Assembly: GCF_044324875.1 (NCBI RefSeq) | Contig: NZ_CP172186.1 | Strand: one strand, 5' to 3' | DNA from: Escherichia coli | Lineage (GTDB): Bacteria; Pseudomonadota; Gammaproteobacteria; Enterobacterales; Enterobacteriaceae | DNA: 64,000 bases | Shown here: positions 49,784 to 59,256 of the stretch, piece after piece | How positions within the stretch are numbered: the first letter of the stretch is position 1 | How the letters are laid out: each line of letters starts with the position of its first letter | The notes under the pieces: model-generated | Databases searched by the model: none | Seen by the model: the letters and a program-made list of their open reading frames with translations, nothing else | Told to the model about the DNA's origin: nothing | Position numbers and translations under genes: made by a program

Positions 49784-49959
49784 TTTACTCCCCCGCTCCG
49801 GCGGGGGTATGGCCTGCCGGGCCGCCGGAAAACCCTGGCAGGCTTACGCCTGCCTGAAATACAGGAGGGCCGCGCCTGCGGCGCTGCCCTTCCTGCCCGT
49901 CATGGTGTGAGGCATTTTTCTGTTTTGTCGTTTCTGTTGTTCTGATGCCCGGAGGCGGG

Positions 49960-50500
49960 GACACCCTTCGGCTCCCGGCTGCCTGGCGGCATCCGGTCGT
50001 CGGCCCGACTCCGACAGGCAGCTGCTGGCGCACCCGCCAGTCTCCGCCGAACCCGCTGGCGCGGTTTCGGGCTGCCGCTACGGTCCGATGTCTGAAAAAC
50101 CAGGCCTGCAGCGACCGTTCCGGTCGCGCCGCCCCTGTCGCGCCGGAAACGGCGCTCCCTGCACACCTGACGGTGTGTAAGGCCACTGCGCCTGATGGCG
50201 CAGTCAACCCTTCCGCCGCCACCCCTGCGGCCTGTTTCCCGCTGTGGACTTTCCGGGGGCTGAAGCGGCCACAACACGGGGCAGCCGTCCAGGGGAGAGA
50301 TGTACCAGCCACAAAACTTTTTGCCGCAGGCGTCAAAAACTTTTGCGTCTGCCCCCGGACAACTGCCCCGTGCCGTGGCAGTCGCTGCCCCATCGGAAAG
50401 GTCCACTGCGGGGAGAAACCCCGAAGAAGTGGACGGCAGAAGGGGCTTTCGCCCCTCCGGGGGAGCAACCGGTCGGCCCGGCGACCTGATTCAGCAGAAG
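49960..50500 (+). repeat. GC-rich direct repeat family B, copy 2
   Basis: See 38300-38870. Confidence 0.6.
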
Positions 50501-50511
50501 GAGACGTTTTC

Positions 50512-50946
50512 ATGACAGTCAGCAGCACGATTTCCGTTTTTTGCCGAGACGGGGTGTTCCGTACCGTTTACTGCCACCTGCACGGTGAGCCGACCTGGAA
50601 CGGTCGCATCCTGCATACCCACTATGCCACCGGTCAGCTGGCCGAAGCCCTGGTTGAACACGGAGATATCCGTTGCCTCGGTCCCCGTTGCGACAAACCC
50701 GCCGGGCATACGCTTCAGAACCCGGTGGACGGTGTGACGGCTTATTACGGACGTGACAGTGGTTTCCGGATGGACAGTGAGGCGCGTGAGTACCGTTCTT
50801 TCAGGGAGGCTATTGCCACTGAAAGCACTGAAGAGGTGCGCTTCCATTATGTGTTCATCGACGGCTACTGGAAGGTGATGTACCGCACGCCGGAAGGCTG
50901 GAAGATGAAAGCGCTCGCGCTGGCACTGCGTCGCTGTCCGGAATGA
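50512..50946 (+). CDS. Hypothetical leading-region protein
   Basis: 144 aa from ATG 50512 (MTVSSTISVF...), AGGAGA RBS; the tracked 333-aa ORF upstream part lies in repeat B. Confidence 0.6.
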   Translation: MTVSSTISVFCRDGVFRTVYCHLHGEPTWNGRILHTHYATGQLAEALVEHGDIRCLGPRCDKPAGHTLQNPVDGVTAYYGRDSGFRMDSEAREYRSFREAIATESTEEVRFHYVFIDGYWKVMYRTPEGWKMKALALALRRCPE

Positions 50947-51037
50947 AAAAAAGCAGGGCGATAAACCCTGCCTCTCTCCGCCGCTGCTTCCCGGCCAGGA
51001 AGAGCGGCAGTCATCAACAACATAAGGAGAAATATTT

Positions 51038-51304
51038 GTGAGACCATCAATTATCTTCGCAACCGCCGAGTATGTAAAGCGTCTGCGTGAAGAGTGCCTG
51101 CGGGAGAATAAACCCCTGCACCGCCATACCCGCTTCAGACGTCAGGAGCTGGCACAGGATGAGATTAACCCGGACGTCCTGGCGATGAGCGGTCATATCG
51201 CCAGACGCTGCAGTGAGCAGAAGCGGGTGCGTATCCCCGCCATGAAAGTCAGCGAATGGGGCCACCTGCTCCGCGCGCTTGAAATTGAACGGGTCTGTCA
51301 CTGA
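51038..51304 (+). CDS. Hypothetical protein
   Basis: 88 aa; GGAG RBS. Confidence 0.5.
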   Translation: MRPSIIFATAEYVKRLREECLRENKPLHRHTRFRRQELAQDEINPDVLAMSGHIARRCSEQKRVRIPAMKVSEWGHLLRALEIERVCH

Positions 51305-51368
51305 TTAACCCTTGCCGTCTGCCTGTGCAGGCGGCAGGATACGTTCAGACATCTCACCAGGAGGAACC

Positions 51369-52247
51369 GTGAGTAAGAAGAAAAACACCACAACGCCCAC
51401 GCCGCATGATGCCGCGTTCCGGTCGTTCCTGGCGAATCCCGACGTTGCCAGGGATTTTCTGGAGTTGCATCTTCCTGCGGAGTACCGGCAGTTGTGCGAC
51501 CTGTCCACCCTGAAGCTGGAACCCGCCACCTTTGTTGAGCCGGACCTGCATCAGTACGCCAGCGATATCCTCTGGAGTGTGAAAACCACCGGGGGTGAAG
51601 ACGGCTATGTTTATACGCTCATCGAGCACCAGAGCACCGAAAATCTGTACATGCCTTTTCGCATGTTACGTTACAGTGTGGCGGCGATGCAGAGACATCT
51701 GGAGCAGCACAAAACGTTGCCACTGGTCATTCCGGTGCTGTTCTATCACGGTGAGCGCAGCCCGTACCCGTACAGCATGAACTGGCTGGACTGTTTTGAG
51801 AATCCGGCACTTGCGGCTAAAATATACACAAAGCCGTTTCCGCTGGTTGATATCACTGTCGTTGATGACAATGAAATCATGAACCATCGCCGGATGGCCG
51901 CACTGACGCTGCTGATGAAGCATATCCGCCATCGTGACATGATGGAGCTGCTGGACAAACTCCCGCAGGTCATGGTGGAAATTTCAGACGAGCAGGTGCG
52001 TGTTCTGATTCATTACATCGTTAACGCAGGGGACACTGTATCACCGGAATTTATGCGGGCGCTGGCCGAGCGCCTGCCGCAGCATGAGGATAAACTGATG
52101 ACAATCGCAGAACGTCTTGAGCAGAAAGGTGCGCTTGAAAAAGCCCTGGCCATTGCGCGTCAGCTTCAGAAAATGGGGATGACACCTGAGCAGATTAAGC
52201 AGGCCACCGGACTTTCCGAAGCTGAACTGAAAAAAGTCATTCACTGA
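51369..52247 (+). CDS. Rpn/YhgA-like recombination-promoting nuclease family protein
   Basis: GTG 51369 after AGGAGG; N-terminal HDAAFRSFLANPDVARDFL...; about 292 aa. Confidence 0.65.
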   Translation: MSKKKNTTTPTPHDAAFRSFLANPDVARDFLELHLPAEYRQLCDLSTLKLEPATFVEPDLHQYASDILWSVKTTGGEDGYVYTLIEHQSTENLYMPFRMLRYSVAAMQRHLEQHKTLPLVIPVLFYHGERSPYPYSMNWLDCFENPALAAKIYTKPFPLVDITVVDDNEIMNHRRMAALTLLMKHIRHRDMMELLDKLPQVMVEISDEQVRVLIHYIVNAGDTVSPEFMRALAERLPQHEDKLMTIAERLEQKGALEKALAIARQLQKMGMTPEQIKQATGLSEAELKKVIH

Positions 52248-52308
52248 TGAGAGCATCACAGCCCGGCAAAATGCCGGGCTTTTTGCCAGCAGGAGCAGAG
52301 CAAACAGC

Positions 52309-52527
52309 ATGACGATTGCAGAACGTCTTATACAGAAAGGTTTCGACGAGGGTTTTAAAGAAGGTTTTAAACAAGGTTTTAAACAAGGTTTTAAACAAGG
52401 AGCTCTTGAAGTGGCGCGGGAAATAGCCTGCCGGCTTCGGGATATAGGCTGGTCGCCGGAACGGATTCAGGAGGTCACGGGACTTTCCGGTGAAGAACTG
52501 AAAAAGCTGTTTCCTGATGAGCAGTAG
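52309..52527 (+). CDS. Small ORF resembling the C-terminal tail of the Rpn-like protein, with GFK(E/Q)GFKQ tandem repeats
   Basis: MTIAERLIQKG...GLSGEELKK parallels ...MTIAERLEQKG...GLSEAELKK of the upstream gene. Confidence 0.4.
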   Translation: MTIAERLIQKGFDEGFKEGFKQGFKQGFKQGALEVAREIACRLRDIGWSPERIQEVTGLSGEELKKLFPDEQ

Positions 52528-52557
52528 CCTGGCATTCAGCCAGGCTGTGAATCACGC

Positions 52558-52809
52558 TCACACATCCTCTGCCGTTTCCCCCAGTTCATTTTCCAGTCGC
52601 CTGATGATATCTGCCTTACGCATCCCCTGCATGTGAGGCAGCAGGTCACGGACTGAAAGTGCCTGGGTGGTCCTCCAGACGGTGACGTCCACCTGTTCCG
52701 CATTTTCCCAGGCGTGCCATGTTCTCTGCGTCACGCCAAATTCTCTGGCCGCTTTTTCGCGTGACCAGAGCATGCTTTTTCGCCAGATTCGCAGTTCCCA
52801 TCCGGTCAT
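52558..52809 (-). CDS. HTH (XRE-like) DNA-binding protein
   Basis: 83 aa; AAREFGVTQRTWHAWE HTH-like segment; twin palindromes upstream. Confidence 0.5.
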   Translation of the reverse strand: MTGWELRIWRKSMLWSREKAAREFGVTQRTWHAWENAEQVDVTVWRTTQALSVRDLLPHMQGMRKADIIRRLENELGETAEDV

Positions 52810-52823
52810 AAAACACCTTTGAA

Positions 52824-52909
52824 AAAGTGAAAAAACTTCACTTTATTTTATCATCACAATTGCCAAATCAGCGCGATAAATAAGTGTAAAAAAGTGAAGA
52901 AATTTCACT
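52824..52909. promoter_or_regulatory. Two palindromic operator-like sites AAGTGAA-N5-TTCACTT upstream of the HTH gene
   Basis: 52824-52842 AAGTGAAAAAACTTCACTT and 52891-52909 AAGTGAAGAAATTTCACTT. Confidence 0.5.
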
Positions 52910-53019
52910 TTTTTTGGTTGTAAATGTCGTGCGGTTTTCTCTGTTTTCACCTGTGCGGGAGTGGTGTGCCAGTGACCACCACATGCCATTGTTGTGCCGT
53001 CGTTTTTCTTCAGTCGCGC

Positions 53020-53370
53020 CGGATGCGGCGCTCCCTGCACACCTTACGGTGTGTAAGGCCACTGCGCCTGATGGCGCAGCTGCCTCTGCCTGTCTGCCGC
53101 CGCACTGCGGCCTGTTCTCCGCAGACGGACTTTCCGGGGGTACATACACGACCACATCCCGTTTCAGTCGTCCAGGGGAGAGATGTACCAGCCACAAAAC
53201 TTTTTGCCGCAGGCGTCAAAAACTTTTGCGTCTGCCCCCGGACAACTGCCCCGTGACGTGGTGAGCGTCCCCCGTCGGAAAGGTCCACTGCGGGGAAATC
53301 CCCGAAGACCCGGACGGCAGAAGGAGCTTCGCTCCTCCGGGAAATGACCTGGCTGACCCGGCAGTCGTGA
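53020..53370 (+). repeat. GC-rich direct repeat family B, copy 3 (partial)
   Basis: See 38300-38870. Confidence 0.55.
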
Positions 53371-53388
53371 CGATGAGGAGACAATGTG

Positions 53389-54237
53389 ATGAATCAGACT
53401 TTACCCACTGCTGACCTGAATACTGCCGGCACGACAGATGTTATTCCGTCTGTGGCTATCGACCGCATCATCGCGCAGCGTAACGAAGGTATTGCACTGT
53501 TCATGCAGGCGATGGAATGCCTGGCGACAGCGCGCAGGATTCTGCTCGATGCTTCCGGTGACATTTTTCTCTACGGGTTTGAAGACTGCGTGACTGACTC
53601 CGTTCGATGCATGGATAAACCGGAAGAAGCGAAAAGGAATATCACCCGTCTTGCCGACCGGAAAATCTGGGACCGCCTGATGACAGATACGGGCATGTAC
53701 ACCTTCATGAGTTCATGCCAGCGTGATGAGTGGAACAGCCAGCTGATGAGCGACACCTGTCCTGAAATCACCCTGGACAATGTACTGGCAACATTCCGCC
53801 ATCTTAATGCCAGCAAGATGCAGACATTTGAACAGGGACTGATTGATGTCTACCGGAAATTGTCATGGGATTACAGAACCAATAATCCCTGCCGTCTGGG
53901 CAAGAAAATCATTATTGAAAACCTGCTGTACCGCTGGAGTAACGGGCGTGTGACGCTGGACTGCAGCAGACGGGAGGCACTGGATGACCTGGTACGTCCG
54001 TTTTATCTGCTGGAGGGGCGCAACGTTCCTGACTTCAGGAACAGCATCGGGGCGCAGTATGGTGAATTTCTCAGGAACGGCGACAATGTCGGTAAGTTGT
54101 TAGAAGGGGAATATTTTACGGTGCGTGGCTACCAGAAAGGGACCGTACACATTGTCTTTAAGCGTTCTGACCTTGTTGAAAAACTGAATGATATTATTGC
54201 ACGGCATTATCCTGGTGCATTGCCGCCACGAGTCTGA
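53389..54237 (+). CDS. Hypothetical leading-region protein
   Basis: 282 aa from ATG 53389, GAGGAG RBS. Confidence 0.6.
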   Translation: MNQTLPTADLNTAGTTDVIPSVAIDRIIAQRNEGIALFMQAMECLATARRILLDASGDIFLYGFEDCVTDSVRCMDKPEEAKRNITRLADRKIWDRLMTDTGMYTFMSSCQRDEWNSQLMSDTCPEITLDNVLATFRHLNASKMQTFEQGLIDVYRKLSWDYRTNNPCRLGKKIIIENLLYRWSNGRVTLDCSRREALDDLVRPFYLLEGRNVPDFRNSIGAQYGEFLRNGDNVGKLLEGEYFTVRGYQKGTVHIVFKRSDLVEKLNDIIARHYPGALPPRV

Positions 54238-54322
54238 TTAAACAGAAAAGCCCTGGTATTTATGCCGGGGCTTTTTTTTCTGTAATCATCATAATCTCAG
54301 AACACGATGTGACATTGTCACA

Positions 54323-54664
54323 TCAATTGTTGTTCATATCGATGCCATCTTTCCTGCCTGAATCTGTCTTTTTAGGTGCTGTTTTAGAGGAAGAACGGCG
54401 GGATGTTTTTTTCGATTCTGCTTCCCGAATAATGTCACGAAGTGCCTTCTCTCCTACTTCATACCCTGCATTTTTGAGCGTGTCACGAATATCTGCCAGT
54501 GTATAACCCTTTGTCCTTACCAGGACAATAATGTCATCACGAATGGCATCAAGAAAATCACGCAATGTTTTCCGTTGAGCGGTGAGATCTGGCAATTCCG
54601 ATAAAGCAGCTTTTGCCAGCTGGATGTCATCATCTGAGTAAAATTTTTTAGAAGCCATTGGCAC
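54323..54664 (-). CDS. Hypothetical protein (basic C-terminus)
   Basis: 113 aa ORF. Confidence 0.5.
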   Translation of the reverse strand: MPMASKKFYSDDDIQLAKAALSELPDLTAQRKTLRDFLDAIRDDIIVLVRTKGYTLADIRDTLKNAGYEVGEKALRDIIREAESKKTSRRSSSKTAPKKTDSGRKDGIDMNNN

Positions 54665-54699
54665 TTTCTCTCCGTTTAATCTTGAAGCCTGATTTTATC

Positions 54700-54890
54700 A
54701 TCAAAAACTGACTCCTGGCAGGGCTGCGCCCTGCCTCTGCCGTCTGCATAAGACTATGATGCACAAAAATAACAGGCTATAATGGCATGAAAAACGGGAC
54801 AGGATGTGTAATCGTATAACCGCGCACGCACGGCTATACGATTACCACCTGGTCAGGGCTTAGCCCCGACACCCCGGTAAGGAGCAGACC
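54700..54890. other. oriT-like region upstream of nikA
   Basis: 11-bp inverted repeat GTAATCGTATA / TATACGATTAC (54808-54845) immediately upstream of nikA-nikB. Confidence 0.5.
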
Positions 54891-55223
54891 ATGAGTGAGA
54901 AGAAAACCCGAAGTGGCAGTGAGAAACGGCAAAAGAATGTCCTCATTGCTGTTCGTTTTTCACCAGAAGAGGCTGAGATTGTTAAAGAAAAGGCAGAAAA
55001 AAACGGACTGACAGTTTCAACTCTGATAAGAAAAACTGTGCTGGGAAAACAGATAAATGCCCGCATTGATGAAGATTTTTTGAAAGAGCTGATGCGTCTT
55101 GGTCGCCTGCAGAAGCATCTGTTTGTGGAAGGAAAACGCACGGGAGATAAAGAGTATGCAGAGGTTCTCGTTGCTATTACAGAACTTGCTAATACTCTGC
55201 GAAGAGATTTAATGGGACGCTGA
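54891..55223 (+). CDS. nikA: NikA relaxosome accessory protein (RHH)
   Basis: 110 aa directly upstream of the relaxase gene. Confidence 0.8.
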   Translation: MSEKKTRSGSEKRQKNVLIAVRFSPEEAEIVKEKAEKNGLTVSTLIRKTVLGKQINARIDEDFLKELMRLGRLQKHLFVEGKRTGDKEYAEVLVAITELANTLRRDLMGR

Positions 55224-55234
55224 GATAATCGCTG

Positions 55235-57937
55235 ATGAATGCCATCATTCCGAAAAAAAGACGCGACGGAAAGTCTTCTTTTGAAGACCTGATTGCGTAC
55301 ACCTCAGTGCGGGATGATGTGCCGGAAGATGAACTCAGACCAGACACGGAAGTGAAAGGTGAGGTTCCGCACCGGAATCGCTTCAGACGTCTTGTTGATT
55401 ATGCAACACGTCTGCGTAATGAAAAATTTGTTTCCCTGATTGATGTGATGAAAGACGGCAGTCAGTGGGTGAATTTCTATGGTGTGACCTGCTTTCATAA
55501 CTGTTTGTCTCTTGAATCTGCGGCTGAAGAAATGCAGAAAGCAGCAGACCTTGCTTATTTTTCCAAAGATGATACAGATCCTGTTTTTCACTATATTCTC
55601 TCCTGGCCTGCGCACGAAAGTCCGCGTTCTGAGCAGCTTTTTGACTGTGTGCGTCACACCCTGAAATCCCTTGAGCTGTCAAAACATCAGTATGTGGCAG
55701 CCGTTCATACAGACACGGATAACCTGCATGTACATGTTGCAGTGAATCGTGTCCACCCTGAAACCGGCTATATCAATTGCCTTCCGTGGAGCCAGGAAAA
55801 ACTCAGCCGTGCATGTCGTGAACTTGAACTTAAGCACGGATTCGCGCCGGATAATGGCTGCTTTGTGCATGCACCCGGCAACCGTATTGTGCGCAAAACA
55901 GCGCTGGTACGTGAGCGCCGTAATGCCTGGCGACGCGGGAAAAAGCAGACGTTCAGGGAATATATTGCTCAGATGTCGATTGCCGGGCTGCGTGAAGAGC
56001 CTGCACAGGACTGGTTATCTTTGCATAAACGGCTGGCCAGCGATGGTCTGTATATCACGATGCAGGAAGGGGAACTGGTGGTGAAGGATGGCTGGGACAG
56101 AGCGCGGGAAGGTGTTGCACTCAGTTCGTTCGGACCGTCATGGACAGCTGAAAAACTGGGGCGGAAACTGGGGGAATATCAGCCTGTACCGACAGATATT
56201 TTCAGTCAGGTGGGGACACCCGGTCGTTATGATCCGGAAGCCATAAACGTTGATATCCGGCCGGAAAAAGTGGCAGAAACGGAGAGTCTGAAACAGTACG
56301 CCTGCCGTCACTTTGCTGAACGCTTACCGGCAATGGCGCGCAATGGTGAACTGAAAAGCTGCCTGGCTGTACACCGTACTCTGGCAGAGGCGGGATTATG
56401 GATGGGGATCCAGCACGGGCATCTGGTACTGCATGATGGATTTGATAAACAACAGACACCAGTACGTGCAGACAGTGTGTGGCCGTTGTTAACGCTGGAA
56501 AATATCAGAAAACTGAATGGCGGCTGGCAGTCTGTACCGAAGGATATTTTTACTCAGGTTGTACCACAAAGTCGCTTTAGTGGGCATCGAATGGATATGC
56601 ATCCGGTCAGTGATCATGAATGGCACAGAATGAGAACAGGGGCTGGCCCACAGGGGGCAATTAAGCGGGAGATTTTCTCTGACAAAGAGAGTCTGTGGGG
56701 ATATGCAGTCAGCCATTGTGCCCGTGATATTCAGTACATGATCTCTGAAGGGCGCTTTAGCTGGCAGAACTGCCATGAACTGTTTGCCCGCAGTGGACTG
56801 ATGTTACAGAAACTGCATCATGGTCTTGTGATTGTGGATGCGTTTAATCATGACCAGACACCGGTTAAAGCCAGCAGCATTCATCCGGATTTGACTTTGT
56901 CCAGAGCAGAGCCGCAGGCCGGGCCATTTGAAATTGCAGCGGCGGATATTTTCGATCGGGTGAAGCCTGAAAGCCGTTATAACCCTGATATGGCTGTCAG
57001 TGACAGTAAGGAACCCGGGTTTAAACGGGATCCTGAATTGCGCCGCCGTCGTCGTGAAACCCGTGCAGCTGCGCGGGAAGATTTGCGTGCGCGTTACCTT
57101 GCATGGAAGGAGCACTGGCGTAAACCCGATTTACGTTACGGCGAACGGTTACGGGAAGTTCATGCTGCCTGCCGCCGGCGCAAGGCGCATATCCGCGTAC
57201 AGTTCAGGGATCCGCAAGTGCGTAAGCTGCATTACCATATTGCGGAAGTGCAGCGAATGCAGGCGCTGATCAGGCTGAAGGAAAGCGTCAGGGAAGAGCG
57301 ACTGTCGCTGATGGCGGAAGGTAAGTGGTACCCGCTGTCTTACAGGCAGTGGGTGGAGCAGATGGCGGTTCAGGGGGATTCTGCTGCTGTATCTCAGTTA
57401 CGTGGATGGAATTATCGCGACAGAAGGAATGATGAGGTGCTTTTAACCACGCCTCAACGCTGTGTGGTTCTTTGTGAACCAGGCTCCACCCCGATTCACA
57501 GGGATATCGGTGGCATGGTGGCGACTTTGCAGCGTAATGGCAGTGTGCGTTTCCGTGATGCGACAACAGGAGAGTACGTCTGTACAGATTATGGTGATCG
57601 CGTTGTTTTCAGCAACAGTGCCGATAACAAAACACTGAAGAAAAGGATGGTCAGGGTGTCCAGTGTGCTTTTTGCAAGGGATCCCCGAATGGGGTTTGAG
57701 CCGGAAGGTCAGGATGCACAATTTAACCGTATGTTTGCTGATATGGTTGCGTGGAAAAACGTGCAGCGGGATGAGCGTAAGGGGCACTACAGGATAAGTC
57801 GTTCTGATGTTGATCAACTGAGGGTCAGTAGTGAAAAACGTTTTCGTGATTATCTTAAAGGGCGTGATACTGAATCACACACTTACCATCATGCAACGGA
57901 TGAAAATAAGTGGGAGCCGCCATCACCGGGGATGTAA
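55235..57937 (+). CDS. nikB: NikB-type relaxase (MOBP family)
   Basis: 900 aa; His-triad motif HTDTDNLHVHVAVNRV. Confidence 0.85.
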   Translation: MNAIIPKKRRDGKSSFEDLIAYTSVRDDVPEDELRPDTEVKGEVPHRNRFRRLVDYATRLRNEKFVSLIDVMKDGSQWVNFYGVTCFHNCLSLESAAEEMQKAADLAYFSKDDTDPVFHYILSWPAHESPRSEQLFDCVRHTLKSLELSKHQYVAAVHTDTDNLHVHVAVNRVHPETGYINCLPWSQEKLSRACRELELKHGFAPDNGCFVHAPGNRIVRKTALVRERRNAWRRGKKQTFREYIAQMSIAGLREEPAQDWLSLHKRLASDGLYITMQEGELVVKDGWDRAREGVALSSFGPSWTAEKLGRKLGEYQPVPTDIFSQVGTPGRYDPEAINVDIRPEKVAETESLKQYACRHFAERLPAMARNGELKSCLAVHRTLAEAGLWMGIQHGHLVLHDGFDKQQTPVRADSVWPLLTLENIRKLNGGWQSVPKDIFTQVVPQSRFSGHRMDMHPVSDHEWHRMRTGAGPQGAIKREIFSDKESLWGYAVSHCARDIQYMISEGRFSWQNCHELFARSGLMLQKLHHGLVIVDAFNHDQTPVKASSIHPDLTLSRAEPQAGPFEIAAADIFDRVKPESRYNPDMAVSDSKEPGFKRDPELRRRRRETRAAAREDLRARYLAWKEHWRKPDLRYGERLREVHAACRRRKAHIRVQFRDPQVRKLHYHIAEVQRMQALIRLKESVREERLSLMAEGKWYPLSYRQWVEQMAVQGDSAAVSQLRGWNYRDRRNDEVLLTTPQRCVVLCEPGSTPIHRDIGGMVATLQRNGSVRFRDATTGEYVCTDYGDRVVFSNSADNKTLKKRMVRVSSVLFARDPRMGFEPEGQDAQFNRMFADMVAWKNVQRDERKGHYRISRSDVDQLRVSSEKRFRDYLKGRDTESHTYHHATDENKWEPPSPGM

Positions 57938-58005
57938 AAATCATGTAGACAGGGTGATTAAATCACCGTAATGTGTCCTCGTTGTGTATACATTATGGGG
58001 GAGAT

Positions 58006-58254
58006 ATGCGAACACAGGTGACACTGCAAAAATGGGGCAACAGTATTGCTCTCCGGTTAACCGGAAATCTGAAAACCGTGCCGGGTTTTTCGGCAGGAGA
58101 TGTGGTTGATGTGGAAATCAGTGAGAAAGGATTGATCGTGGAAAAACCGGTGAGACCTCGTCTTACAGAGGCTGTATTGCTTGCGGGGCTGACGCCATTT
58201 TCCGCGCATGCAGATGAAGCTGCCACTCTTCTTGATAAGGAGAGTGAGTTCTGA
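58006..58254 (+). CDS. pemI: PemI/MazE-type antitoxin
   Basis: MRTQVTLQKWGNSIALRL (AbrB/SpoVT fold); 82 aa. Confidence 0.8.
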   Translation: MRTQVTLQKWGNSIALRLTGNLKTVPGFSAGDVVDVEISEKGLIVEKPVRPRLTEAVLLAGLTPFSAHADEAATLLDKESEF

Positions 58255-58598
58255 TGTTTGTTCCAAAGCGTGGTGATATTTGCTGGCTTGATTTTGAACC
58301 CCAAAAAGGAAAAGAAATTGGCAAATATCGTCCGGCATTAATCCTGTCCCATGAGCAATATAATCGTTTAACAGGGCTTGTCATATGCTGCCCTGTCAGT
58401 ACGAGTATCCGGGGCGCTCCAACAGAGGTTCCTGTTACTAATCTCGATGCACCAAGTGTGGTGGCCACAACGCTCATACAGACACTTGACTGGCGGCAAA
58501 GGCAAGTGCGTTTAATTACGGAAGCAGAAGAGGGCGTATTTGATGAGGTGCTTGAGAGAGTGATCACTCTGATTGGTGGTGAACATTTACTGAAGTGA
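58254..58598 (+). CDS. pemK: PemK/MazF-type toxin
   Basis: 114 aa MFVPKRGDICWLDFEPQKGKEIGKYRPALILS... Confidence 0.85.
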   Translation: MFVPKRGDICWLDFEPQKGKEIGKYRPALILSHEQYNRLTGLVICCPVSTSIRGAPTEVPVTNLDAPSVVATTLIQTLDWRQRQVRLITEAEEGVFDEVLERVITLIGGEHLLK

Positions 58599-58633
58599 AG
58601 GAGCCTGTTTAAGATTCTGTGTAAATGCCTTTC

Positions 58634-58852
58634 TCAGAAGTGACCGTCCAGGCGGTCACCGAACTCGATAATAAAGCGGCTCATTGCCATTCGCCAGTCC
58701 TTCAACGGCATCGTCCATTTCCGGGACGCAGACTGGATTGCCAGCCACACCACTTTTTTCACCGAGTCGTCTGTCGGGAACACTTTACGCTTTTTGATCG
58801 CATGGCGGATCACGCTGTTTAGCGACTCGATGGCATTCGTCGTATAGATCAC
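58634..58852 (-). pseudogene. IS256-family transposase, C-terminal fragment
   Basis: ...NAIESLNSVIRHAIKKRKVFPTDDSVKKVVWLAI... typical mutator-family C-terminus; abuts IS629-like copy C. Confidence 0.6.
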
Positions 58853-58908
58853 TTTGAACCGCCCCGGAAATCCTGGAGACTAAACTTCCTGAGAAAGATG
58901 TAAACAGG

Positions 58909-59235
58909 ATGACTAAAAATACTCGTTTTTCCCCCGAAGTCCGTCAACGGGCAGTTCGTATGGTTCTGGAAAGCCAGGGCGAATATGACTCACAATGGGC
59001 GGCAATTTGTTCCATTGCTCCAAAGATTGGCTGTACGCCAGAGACCCTGCGTGTCTGGGTTCGCCAGCATGAGCGGGATACCGGGGGCGGTGATGGTGGG
59101 CTCACCACCGCTGAACGTCAGCGTCTGAAAGAGCTGGAACGCGAAAATCGTGAACTGCGCCGCAGTAACGATATCCTTCGCCAGGCTTCCGCTTATTTTG
59201 CGAAGGCGGAGTTCGACCGCCTCTGGAAAAAATAA
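58909..59235 (+). CDS. IS3-family transposase OrfA
   Basis: Identical to 15208-15534 product. Confidence 0.9.
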   Translation: MTKNTRFSPEVRQRAVRMVLESQGEYDSQWAAICSIAPKIGCTPETLRVWVRQHERDTGGGDGGLTTAERQRLKELERENRELRRSNDILRQASAYFAKAEFDRLWKK

Positions 59236-59256
59236 TGCCACTGCTGGATAAGCTGC

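Noticed and set aside
49785-50528. 247-aa minus-strand ORF and the upstream part of the 333-aa plus-strand ORF (49945-50946)
   Set aside because: Both run through repeat B copy 2; only the 3' part from ATG 50512 has an RBS and coding-like composition.
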